Of a stretch of 38,042 nucleotides of DNA, positions 27,121 through 34,222 are shown piece after piece. A program made the position numbers and the translations under genes. The stretch lies in the NCBI GenBank assembly GCA_964388605.1, contig CAYMBC010000002.1, positions 1 through 38,042 on the forward strand, given 5' to 3'. This DNA comes from an uncultured Gammaproteobacteria bacterium (lineage in GTDB: Bacteria > Patescibacteriota > Patescibacteriia > SG8-24 > DYFX01). The notes below the pieces were generated by a model. It worked only from the letters and a program-made list of their open reading frames with translations, had not been told where the DNA came from and made no database searches. Position 1 is the first letter of the stretch. Every line of letters begins with the position of its first letter.

Positions 27121-27612
27121 ATGCGGCGAGAAACTGCTATTCTTTGGTCGAAGACTCACTTTACCCCTATGGAAACGCAACACGGGCTTCCGGCGGTCAG
27201 CTGCATGGAATTGAGGAAGATTCAGGAGAGCGAAAAAGCGCACGTTTTGATCGACGTTCGGGATCTGGCCGATTACGAGGCCGGTCACGTCGAGGGCTCG
27301 ATCCACGTGCCGTTGCGCGAGCTTGAAACCAATATCGACGGCGTCGTGCCGAACAAGGATGAATACGTCATTGTCATCGGAGAAGAGCGCGGTTTCGCGC
27401 CGGAAACGTACGAACATCTCAAAAACAAGGGCTATACGAACGTGGAATTCCTGCTTGGCGGTTTTGACGAATGGTGCAAGCCGGCCGAACCGGACATCAG
27501 CGACCTGAAAGAAGATGCTGAGCTGGAGAAAGAGATCGTTGAAGACCGTTCCGAGCATGGCGAAGACCAGGACGCGATCGAGCAGGGGGTTCAAGACGAG
27601 CCGCTGATGTGA
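27121..27612 (+). CDS. Rhodanese-like domain protein lacking the catalytic Cys, with an acidic C-terminal tail
   Basis: The rhodanese fold signature is present (VLIDVRDLADYEAGHVEGSIHVP ... GGFDEW). The active-site loop position reads VIVIGEERGF, with no Cys. The start is ambiguous between ATG 27121 and ATG 27169. Confidence 0.65.
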   Translation: MRRETAILWSKTHFTPMETQHGLPAVSCMELRKIQESEKAHVLIDVRDLADYEAGHVEGSIHVPLRELETNIDGVVPNKDEYVIVIGEERGFAPETYEHLKNKGYTNVEFLLGGFDEWCKPAEPDISDLKEDAELEKEIVEDRSEHGEDQDAIEQGVQDEPLM

Positions 27613-27647
27613 ACCCGGAGGGGAATTGACAAAAAGGCCGATATTCA

Positions 27648-27676
27648 TTGGCTCTTGCGCCAGGAGTTGCTATACT
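27648..27676 (+). promoter_or_regulatory. Candidate hup promoter TTGGCT-17 nt-TATACT (extended TGcTATACT)
   Basis: TTGGCT at 27648-27653 and TATACT at 27671-27676. About 30 nt of leader follow, with GAGAG before the ATG at 27713. Confidence 0.5.
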
Positions 27677-27712
27677 TTCTAGCGTAATAAGACTTATCCA
27701 CAGAGAGACTAT

Positions 27713-27994
27713 ATGGCGAAGATGAGCAAGTCCCAGGTCGTCGCTGCGATGGCCGAAAAGAGCGGGTTGTCCAAGAAGGACGCCGGCATGTACCTCGAGA
27801 ACCTCGCGAAGCTCGCCGAGACCGAGGTTAAGAAGGCGGGAGAATTCGTTCTCCCGGGCTTTGGCAAACTCGTGAAGATGCACCGCAAGGAGCGCATGGG
27901 TCGCAATCCGGCCACCGGACAGCCGGTCAAGATCGCCGCGAAGACCGTCGTGAAGTTCCGCCTCGCGAAAGCGATGAAGGACGCCGTTCTCTAA
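27713..27994 (+). CDS. hup: HU-family nucleoid-associated DNA-binding protein
   Basis: 93 aa with GFGKLVKMHRKERMGRNPATGQPVKIAAKTVVKFRLAKAMKD, the HU/IHF beta-arm signature (RNPxTG). Confidence 0.9.
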   Translation: MAKMSKSQVVAAMAEKSGLSKKDAGMYLENLAKLAETEVKKAGEFVLPGFGKLVKMHRKERMGRNPATGQPVKIAAKTVVKFRLAKAMKDAVL

Positions 27995-28009
27995 AAGAGC
28001 CAGAAAAAA

Positions 28010-28035
28010 CCCCGGCTTCTTGCCGGGGTTTTTTC
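28010..28035 (+). terminator. Rho-independent terminator
   Basis: CCCCGGC-TTCTT-GCCGGGG followed by T6. Confidence 0.85.
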
Positions 28036-28108
28036 TTTCGCAAGCCATCTTGACAAAGGTCTATCCTTTTGCTAGCCTCTCCTCGCTCATTTCAGAGGAG
28101 GTTGTAGC

Positions 28109-29056
28109 ATGCAAGAAGCACCTGAAACCATCGTTGTCGGGTTCGGCCCGGTTGGCAGCTCGATACTTCACCATCTCTCGCATGCCGGCCATTCCGTTCT
28201 CGGCGTCCCAAGCCGCTGCCAAGAACCCATCGACGGCATTCCGACGGTAGTGAGGGTCGGCGAAGCGGGTTCGAGCAGCGAGGGCAGAATCCGCAAGTTG
28301 GCTGTTCGCACCCATGAGATCATTGGAGGTTTCGCCGAGAGAACCGGGGTTTCTATCCTGAGGGAAACAGGAAAGACAGCCGTGCTGACCGTCGAACCTA
28401 AGCGTTATTGTGCTGTCCAGCGCGCTCTGGCCTTGGTAGACGGGGCGAGCCTTCTTGGTGTGCACGCAGAAGGCTTCCGCGGCACGGATAGTCACGCTTG
28501 GCTCACCACGGCAGATGAGGTCGAGCATCGGGCTCGCTACCTGATCATCTGCGCTAATAAACGTCGTGGAGAAACGCGGCCTGGCGTCAAACTGTACGCC
28601 TGGCACCGCTTTCTTCTCGAGTGTCGTGCTGCTGTCGAATTGAATTTGCCATCCAGCTCGACATGCGGCGTGTCAGCAGTCGACATCCATCCGATCGGTC
28701 CCAAGATCGGCCACGTGCGCAAGTACGTCATCGAATGCAAGACACCCTCCAGTCCAGCCGACGCGGTTGGTGATCAATACGAAACGAGAAGATCTTGGAT
28801 CTGGGAGGAGATCCAAAGCGAGCTGCTTCAAGAGGCTGAGGCAAGATTGCTGGGGTCCTCAACGAGGATGCTCCAAGACTCCGCCGATGAAGGTTTTCGC
28901 ATTGATCGTCACCCCGAGGCATCACGCATCATTTTTGTCGATGACCCCGGACGATTCGGCAGCCTCTACGGGCCCGCGATCGGCGAAGCGATCGCGAAAG
29001 CGGTGCTGGATGGATGCGATCCGACGACGGCTCTCGAGACCGGACGTTATGCATGA
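28109..29056 (+). CDS. Putative FAD/NAD(P)-binding oxidoreductase-like protein
   Basis: GAGGAGG lies 7 nt upstream of the ATG. The N-terminal dinucleotide-binding motif is IVVGFGPVGSS. The rest is unassigned. Confidence 0.45.
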   Translation: MQEAPETIVVGFGPVGSSILHHLSHAGHSVLGVPSRCQEPIDGIPTVVRVGEAGSSSEGRIRKLAVRTHEIIGGFAERTGVSILRETGKTAVLTVEPKRYCAVQRALALVDGASLLGVHAEGFRGTDSHAWLTTADEVEHRARYLIICANKRRGETRPGVKLYAWHRFLLECRAAVELNLPSSSTCGVSAVDIHPIGPKIGHVRKYVIECKTPSSPADAVGDQYETRRSWIWEEIQSELLQEAEARLLGSSTRMLQDSADEGFRIDRHPEASRIIFVDDPGRFGSLYGPAIGEAIAKAVLDGCDPTTALETGRYA

Positions 29057-29162
29057 GGTTCCTGGGCGTCTGCCCGCGAGCCTCGTTTTTTTACCGCCGT
29101 TGGCCATGGGAGATCGCGGGTATTTCGTGTATACTTGTGATGTCACGTTTTTATTTTCTCTT

Positions 29163-29228
29163 ATGGCCAAAGGGAACAACGCCCAGCAACGCGAAAAGAA
29201 GAAGCCGAAAGGCGGAAAGAAAAAATAA
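29163..29228 (+). CDS. Possible 21-aa Lys-rich micro-ORF (MAKGNNAQQREKKKPKGGKKK)
   Basis: An ATG-to-TAA ORF sits in an otherwise empty 300-nt spacer. A TATACT box lies at 29130-29135 upstream and a strong terminator at 29282-29320 downstream. There is no SD. It is only weakly supported. Confidence 0.25.
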   Translation: MAKGNNAQQREKKKPKGGKKK

Positions 29229-29281
29229 CATCGTACGGAACTCTCGCGCCGCCCTTCTGGGATGAGAACAGGGGGAGGGAA

Positions 29282-29320
29282 AAACGCCTTTGTCTCCGTC
29301 AAAGGCGTTTTTTCTTTTTT
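29282..29320 (+). terminator. Rho-independent terminator
   Basis: AAACGCCTTTG-TCTCCGT-CAAAGGCGTTT (11-bp stem) followed by TTTTCTTTTTT. Confidence 0.85.
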
Positions 29321-29363
29321 CTGCTACACTGGTGAAAGAACCGGACTTGTTTCAGCGTATATT

Positions 29364-30416
29364 ATGACTGGTCCTCTTGAGCCCCGACATCGGAACGCGT
29401 TGATTCTCGCCTGCGGCGTGCTGTTATTTTTGGGAGTCGGGATGTTCGTCGTTTTGCGTTTTGGACAAGGTGCCCTCCCTCCGGATGCGGAACCTGCAGA
29501 AACGGCAGAACCTATGCTGGATAGCGCTGAGTACGACCGCCGATTGCGCCGCTTGGCGCATGTGCCGGAAACTGCGACGAATACCGACGCCCTCGCTTGG
29601 CCGGCCAAGGCGGCGTATCCGAACGTCGATGCGATCCTGCCGTTCAAGCGCATCGTCGCGTATTACGGCAATTTTTACGCCAAAGGCATGGGCGTCCTGG
29701 GGGAGTATCCCGAGGAAATCATGCTTGAGAAATTCAAGAAGGAACTCGCCGCCTGGGAAGCGGCAGATCCGGAAACGCCAGTGCTTCCAGCCATCGACTA
29801 CATCGCGATCGTTGCGCAGGGGAGTGCCGGCAAAGACGGGAAGTACCGCGCCCGCATGCCGCATGACCAAATCGACAAGGCGCTCGCCGTCGCCGAGAAG
29901 GTGAACGGAATTGTCGTGCTCGAAGTGCAGGCCGGTCTCTCCGACGTCATGACGGAAGTGAAGTCGCTCGAGCCGTATCTCAAAAAGCCGAACGTGCATC
30001 TCGCGATCGATCCCGAGTTCGCCATGCTGCGCCGCAAAGTACGCCCGGGCCTCATGGTCGGCACGGTCGATGCCTGGGAAGTGAACGCCGCGGCGGACTA
30101 TCTTGCCGAGCTCGTGCGCGCGAACAATCTTCCGCCGAAGGTGCTTGTCGTCCACCGCTACACCAAACCGATGGTCACGAACGCGTCGAAGATCGTTCCG
30201 TTGCCGGAAGTGCAGGTTGTGATGGATATGGACGGCTGGGGAGGCATATCCAACAAGATCAGCAGCTACGAAGCGTACGTCGCATCCGAACCCGTGCAAT
30301 TTACGGGCTTCAAGTTGTTCTATAAGAACGACGTGAAGTGGCAGGGTTCGCGTATGCTGACGCCGAAAGAAGTTTTGGATCTTACGCCGTCGCCGTCCTT
30401 CATTCAATACCAGTAA
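29364..30416 (+). CDS. Membrane-anchored hypothetical protein, extracytoplasmic domain of unknown function
   Basis: From the ATG at 29364 there is an N-terminal TM ([20 protein letters not shown]). A well-ordered domain follows ([20 protein letters not shown] ... [10 protein letters not shown] ... [10 protein letters not shown] ... VMDMDGWG ... FKLFYKNDV). It resembles conserved lipoprotein-type hypotheticals, but I cannot name the family. Confidence 0.6.
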   Translation: MTGPLEPRHRNALILACGVLLFLGVGMFVVLRFGQGALPPDAEPAETAEPMLDSAEYDRRLRRLAHVPETATNTDALAWPAKAAYPNVDAILPFKRIVAYYGNFYAKGMGVLGEYPEEIMLEKFKKELAAWEAADPETPVLPAIDYIAIVAQGSAGKDGKYRARMPHDQIDKALAVAEKVNGIVVLEVQAGLSDVMTEVKSLEPYLKKPNVHLAIDPEFAMLRRKVRPGLMVGTVDAWEVNAAADYLAELVRANNLPPKVLVVHRYTKPMVTNASKIVPLPEVQVVMDMDGWGGISNKISSYEAYVASEPVQFTGFKLFYKNDVKWQGSRMLTPKEVLDLTPSPSFIQYQ

Positions 30417-30417
30417 C

Positions 30418-30768
30418 ATGGAAACGCGCCGAATCTACGCGATGCCGTTCGCCAAGGTGTATCCCGCCTATCTCGCCAAAGCCAAGAAAAAAGGGCGCAT
30501 GAAAGCTGAAGTGGACGAGGTTATTCGTTGGTTGACGGGGTACACGCAGAAAGGATTGGAGGGCCAGTTGAAGAAGATGACGGACTTCGAAACGTTTTTC
30601 TCAAAAGCTCCGAAACTTAACCCGGCGCGGAAGCTCATCAAGGGCGTCGTTTGCGGCGTGCGGGTGGAAGACGTCAAGCACCCGACGATGCAGGCGATTC
30701 GGTATCTCGATAAGTTGATCGATGAGCTAGCAAAGGGGAGAGCCATGGAGAAAATTCTGCGCGCCTAA
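30418..30768 (+). CDS. DUF2200 family protein
   Basis: [37 protein letters not shown] ... TDFETFF ... [14 protein letters not shown] ... [22 protein letters not shown] matches the conserved DUF2200 pattern as I remember it. Confidence 0.75.
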   Translation: METRRIYAMPFAKVYPAYLAKAKKKGRMKAEVDEVIRWLTGYTQKGLEGQLKKMTDFETFFSKAPKLNPARKLIKGVVCGVRVEDVKHPTMQAIRYLDKLIDELAKGRAMEKILRA

Positions 30769-30779
30769 TATCTCATTTT

Positions 30780-31181
30780 ATGAAAGCGAAATTTACGACC
30801 ATCGCCGCCTACAATCGCGGACAACTGAAAGGCGACAAGGGGATCTGCGATCTCTTGAAACGTGAAATCGACAAGGCATTGCCCAAAGCCGAAAGCAAAA
30901 TCTGGCACGGAAGCCCTGTCTGGTTTTTGGACGGCAACCCGATCGTTGGCTACCACCGCTTGAAAGACGGCATGCGCCTCATGTTCTGGAGCGGCCAGTC
31001 GTTCAAGGGGGAAGGGCTCGAACCGGAAGGTTCCTTCAAGGCCGCTGAGGCGCGTTATGCCGACGCTAAGGAGATCAAACTCGCCCCGCTGCGCCGCTGG
31101 CTCGCCGCGTCGAAAAAGATCCAGTGGGATTACAAGAACATCGTGAAGAACAAGGGGCTCGTGAAGTTGAAGGGGCTCTAA
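30780..31181 (+). CDS. DUF1801 (YdhG-like) domain protein
   Basis: The 133-aa size and IWHGSPVWFLDGNPIVGY ... LMFWSG ... pattern are typical of DUF1801. TAATAT lies at 30766-30771, 8 nt before the ATG. Confidence 0.65.
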   Translation: MKAKFTTIAAYNRGQLKGDKGICDLLKREIDKALPKAESKIWHGSPVWFLDGNPIVGYHRLKDGMRLMFWSGQSFKGEGLEPEGSFKAAEARYADAKEIKLAPLRRWLAASKKIQWDYKNIVKNKGLVKLKGL

Positions 31182-31188
31182 AGCGCGT

Positions 31189-31440
31189 ATGAAGCCAAAG
31201 AGCGCGAACATGCGCGTGCCGCATGCGGTGCCCGCCGACGTAAAAAAGATGCTCGCCGCTTCTTCGAAAGCAAAAGCGGTTTGGGAGACGATCACGCCGC
31301 TCGCGCGGAACGAATGGGTTTGCTGGATCACCTCCGGCAAGCTCGCCGAGACGCGGAAGACCCGACTCGAAAAAGCCGAATCGAAACTTTCAGGTGGCAT
31401 GCGAAGGCCGTGTTGCTGGGAAGGGTGCTCGCATCGGTGA
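31189..31440 (+). CDS. YdeI/OmpD-associated family protein
   Basis: VPADVKKMLAASSKAKAVWETITPLARNEWVCWITSGKLAETRKTRLEKA matches the YdeI/OmdA C-terminal pattern. The protein ends RRPCCWEGCSHR. Confidence 0.65.
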   Translation: MKPKSANMRVPHAVPADVKKMLAASSKAKAVWETITPLARNEWVCWITSGKLAETRKTRLEKAESKLSGGMRRPCCWEGCSHR

Positions 31441-31529
31441 TCTCTCAACCGCAGGTTGGCAAACTTGCGGTAACAAGCGTATATGATACGCAGTATCAGG
31501 CCTGGCTGCCTCGGCGAAAGCCGAACAAA

Positions 31530-31554
31530 AACTCCCCGAAAGGGGAGTTTTTGT
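31530..31554 (+). terminator. Rho-independent terminator, copy 1 of an identical 25-mer
   Basis: AACTCCCC-GAAA-GGGGAGTT followed by TTTGT. The identical sequence occurs at 32238-32262. Confidence 0.8.
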
Positions 31555-31567
31555 ATACACTCCAAAT

Positions 31568-31897
31568 ATGAAGAAGAGAAACCTGTTCAGCGAGCGTGTC
31601 GTCGAGCTCGCTCTCTCGATCCCGAAAGGCCGCGTCACGACCTACGGCCGCCTCGCCCGCGCCGCCGGCGGGGGAGCGATGGCCTCGCAAAGCATCACCT
31701 CGATTTTGTGGAAGGCCGAGCAGCGCGGGGTGAAGAACATTCCGTACCACCGCATCGTCTACGCGGACGGGAGGATTTGGATCGATCCGAAGCGGCGGGA
31801 GGAGAGGTTGGCGCTCTACAAAAAGGAGGGGATATCGATTGATAAAAACGACTGCATCGTAGATTTTAAGAAGAAGCTCGTCGAAGCGAGCAAATAA
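31568..31897 (+). CDS. Alkyltransferase-like (ATL) protein: MGMT-family DNA-binding domain without the acceptor Cys
   Basis: IPKGRVTTYGRLA ... the helix-turn-helix region ... NIPYHRIV occupies the place of the MGMT PCHRV motif (Cys replaced by Tyr). At 109 aa the protein consists of the DNA-binding domain only. Confidence 0.7.
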   Translation: MKKRNLFSERVVELALSIPKGRVTTYGRLARAAGGGAMASQSITSILWKAEQRGVKNIPYHRIVYADGRIWIDPKRREERLALYKKEGISIDKNDCIVDFKKKLVEASK

Positions 31898-31915
31898 CCC
31901 AGCTTAGACATATCT

Positions 31916-32113
31916 ATGAAGACCTTGGCCTGCGATCTGTGCGCATACGAAGCGAGCGGCGAAACGTTCGAAGCCTGGATGGAGGCGCTCAAACCTCATT
32001 ACGGGGAAGCCCATGCCGATTTCATGAACGACCCGTCGCATACGAAGGAAGACATGGAAAAGTGGATGACTGACAACCGCGCGCGTTTCGATGTGGCGGA
32101 TGAAGCGGCTTAA
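31916..32113 (+). CDS. DUF1059 family small protein
   Basis: 65 aa; MKTLACDLCAYEASGETFEAWMEALKPHYGEAH fits the DUF1059 pattern. Confidence 0.65.
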   Translation: MKTLACDLCAYEASGETFEAWMEALKPHYGEAHADFMNDPSHTKEDMEKWMTDNRARFDVADEAA

Positions 32114-32237
32114 CGTTAGTCTGTCCCTTTGGTGCCAGGTACGGATACTCCACCACCCGGGTCTGACAGAAAATGAGCGTTTTAGGTACAGTAACCTCAG
32201 TCAATGCTCGCATCTGGTATCTCGCCAGGGCAACAGG

Positions 32238-32262
32238 AACTCCCCGAAAGGGGAGTTTTTGT
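32238..32262 (+). terminator. Rho-independent terminator, copy 2 of the identical 25-mer
   Basis: AACTCCCCGAAAGGGGAGTTTTTGT is identical to 31530-31554. It lies 125 nt after the DUF1059 stop, and no plus-strand gene follows it. Confidence 0.75.
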
Positions 32263-32415
32263 TCCTTTGGTAAAGAAAAAGCACCCGGCGGGACGAAGCG
32301 AAGCGAGATCGACGTATATCATCACGTCGGAGGCTTTTTCGTCACATGTGGGCGCGTATGGGGGGCGAAGCAGAGCTTGGCCGGTTCCGCTACCAGTATC
32401 GAACTCGCAAGAGCT

Positions 32416-33585
32416 CTAGCTGACATTCCGGAGTACAGCGTAGGAGAGAGATGGTGTGAGATAGCCATCCTCGTTGTCGATGCCGAGTACGCCGCCAGCG
32501 AAGATCATGTCGATCTGCTCGCCGTAGTAGTCCCAGATGAAGGGCGCGACCGAGATGTGCGAAGGTGCGCAGCCGGAGGGGAGACCCTTCATGCCCCAGA
32601 TCTTTTTATCCCCTTTGTCCATCCAGTCGAAGAGGTTGTCCTTCTTCTGTACAAGTTCGCCCTTGCTGGCTTGGGTGTACTTCGTTCCATTCACTTCCGG
32701 CGTCTGGATGTAGTTCAAGAAGGCGGTGATCCAGCCATTGAAGGTGTCGGTACCGGACACAGACTCGAACTTGTAGATCGATTTCCAGAACTCGTCGTCC
32801 TGGGGCGCATCGTTCGCTTGGTCAGCGAGGGTGCCGAGCACCGGGAGCAAGTATCGGAAGTAGAGACTGAGGTGCTTCGAAAACGTCTCGGCGAGCTTGG
32901 CTGCTGACTTCTCGAGCTTCCGCCAGTCTTCGGGGGCTCCGAGGAGTCGGATCTCGGGGATGCCGCACATGGTGTATGTCTTGTAATCGTAGAACCTGCT
33001 CGCGGCGTCCATGAAGGACACCATCAAAGCGGCGTCTGTCTCGATAGTCGCCGTGGAGAAGATCGGCAACATGTGGTCCATGATGCGAGTGGGAACCTTC
33101 TCTCGGAGGCCTGCGTTGAACATCGGAAACACCTCATGCCAGTGGCTTGACGCATCACCTTTCACCAGGCCGTCGTGCCGAACCTCGATGAGTCGCTTTT
33201 CGTCGGAGTGCGTGAAAAGTTGGCGGTAATCCTCGGGGTGGCGTTTCACGGTCTCGGCGATGGTGCTCGTGATGAGGTGCATGAGAACCTCGGGTCGAAG
33301 CGCGAGCGGATGATGAGCCGCGAACGCGCTGTGCACCGTTTGGAAGAACAGGCTTGTGGGGTTGAATCGGTAGATCACCTTGACCATCTCGTTGCGACCA
33401 AGATGCTCGATCTCGGCATTGGGGAAGATGAGTTTGATGAACTCGTCTACCCGGCACACCGTACTCGGGACGGGTACGGGGGTGATGAGGTTTCCGCGTC
33501 TCTGCCCCCTGTAGCTCTCGGTATTTTCGATATTGAGGCTGAAGCTGCGGCACACAGGGGTCTTTCCTCGATCGACTTGATCCAT
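32416..33585 (-). CDS. DUF4419 domain protein
   Basis: The ATG at 33585 is preceded by GAGGAG 9 nt upstream on the minus strand. AHHPLALRPEVLMHLI, MCGIPEIRLLGAPEDWRKL and FNGWITAF are reminiscent of DUF4419. GC is native (36 of 60 in line 32821). Confidence 0.65.
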   Translation of the reverse strand: MDQVDRGKTPVCRSFSLNIENTESYRGQRRGNLITPVPVPSTVCRVDEFIKLIFPNAEIEHLGRNEMVKVIYRFNPTSLFFQTVHSAFAAHHPLALRPEVLMHLITSTIAETVKRHPEDYRQLFTHSDEKRLIEVRHDGLVKGDASSHWHEVFPMFNAGLREKVPTRIMDHMLPIFSTATIETDAALMVSFMDAASRFYDYKTYTMCGIPEIRLLGAPEDWRKLEKSAAKLAETFSKHLSLYFRYLLPVLGTLADQANDAPQDDEFWKSIYKFESVSGTDTFNGWITAFLNYIQTPEVNGTKYTQASKGELVQKKDNLFDWMDKGDKKIWGMKGLPSGCAPSHISVAPFIWDYYGEQIDMIFAGGVLGIDNEDGYLTPSLSYAVLRNVS

Positions 33586-34160
33586 TGAAATGTGCTCCTC
33601 TTGAACTTTGCACGCTGCTCACATCTCTGCAAGCTAAGGCACGTGTGCAACACCATCTCCCTTTCTCCGCACCATGCGGACTAGCAGGTGACGCTAGGCG
33701 CTCTCATTTTAGGCGAATGTCCGGATTGAGTACCGGATCATCATCTTGTTTGATGAACGGCATGAGAAGAATGACATGAAACCGTCGCTTCTACCGGTGC
33801 CGTTCAGCAAGAATTCTGCTGTTTGTAAAGATTTCTGGAAGAACGATATATTCCAAAAGGACTGGAAAAGTATGGTGTAAAAAACTGGTAATGTCAAGTG
33901 TTGCTCGTTGGCTACAGCCGCAGAGTCAGCCGGCTGCAGCCAATAAGCACTCAGTATTCTCAAAGTGCTACAAAAGGAAACTCTCATAGGCAAAAGTGTC
34001 AAAATTTCTCTTAAATCGCCCGTTCACCCCTCCTCCTATAAGCTGCGGGTACGCTGCCTCTTAGTACCAGGCACCAATAAAGGCTCGAAAATCGCCCCTC
34101 ACAAAAAAGCTCCAAAACGGGGTCTTTTTTCATAGGGGGAGACCCTTGCAAAGATTGGGT

Positions 34161-34189
34161 TTACCTGTTCGCCAGAAAGCGAGTAAAAT
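34161..34189 (+). promoter_or_regulatory. Candidate promoter TTACCT-17 nt-TAAAAT for the nuclease-STAND gene
   Basis: TTACCT at 34161-34166 and TAAAAT at 34184-34189, with the ATG 33 nt downstream. There is no SD before the ATG. Confidence 0.35.
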
Positions 34190-34222
34190 CGCGGTACGCT
34201 GTGGATCGGTTTCAGATAACAG

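Noticed and set aside
27626-27631. Perfect TTGACA boxes at 27626-27631, 28050-28055 and 11751-11756 as promoters.
   Set aside because: No acceptable -10 hexamer lies at 16-18 nt spacing; the best candidates are TAGCCT and GAATGT. I did not annotate them. The hup promoter is better explained by TTGGCT-17-TATACT.
32416-33585. The DUF4419 gene as part of the horizontally acquired island, giving a two-gene system.
   Set aside because: Its G+C is like the flanking core and it has a strong SD, like native genes. The compositional drop begins only around 33.8 kb. It is kept as a low-priority possibility under findings.
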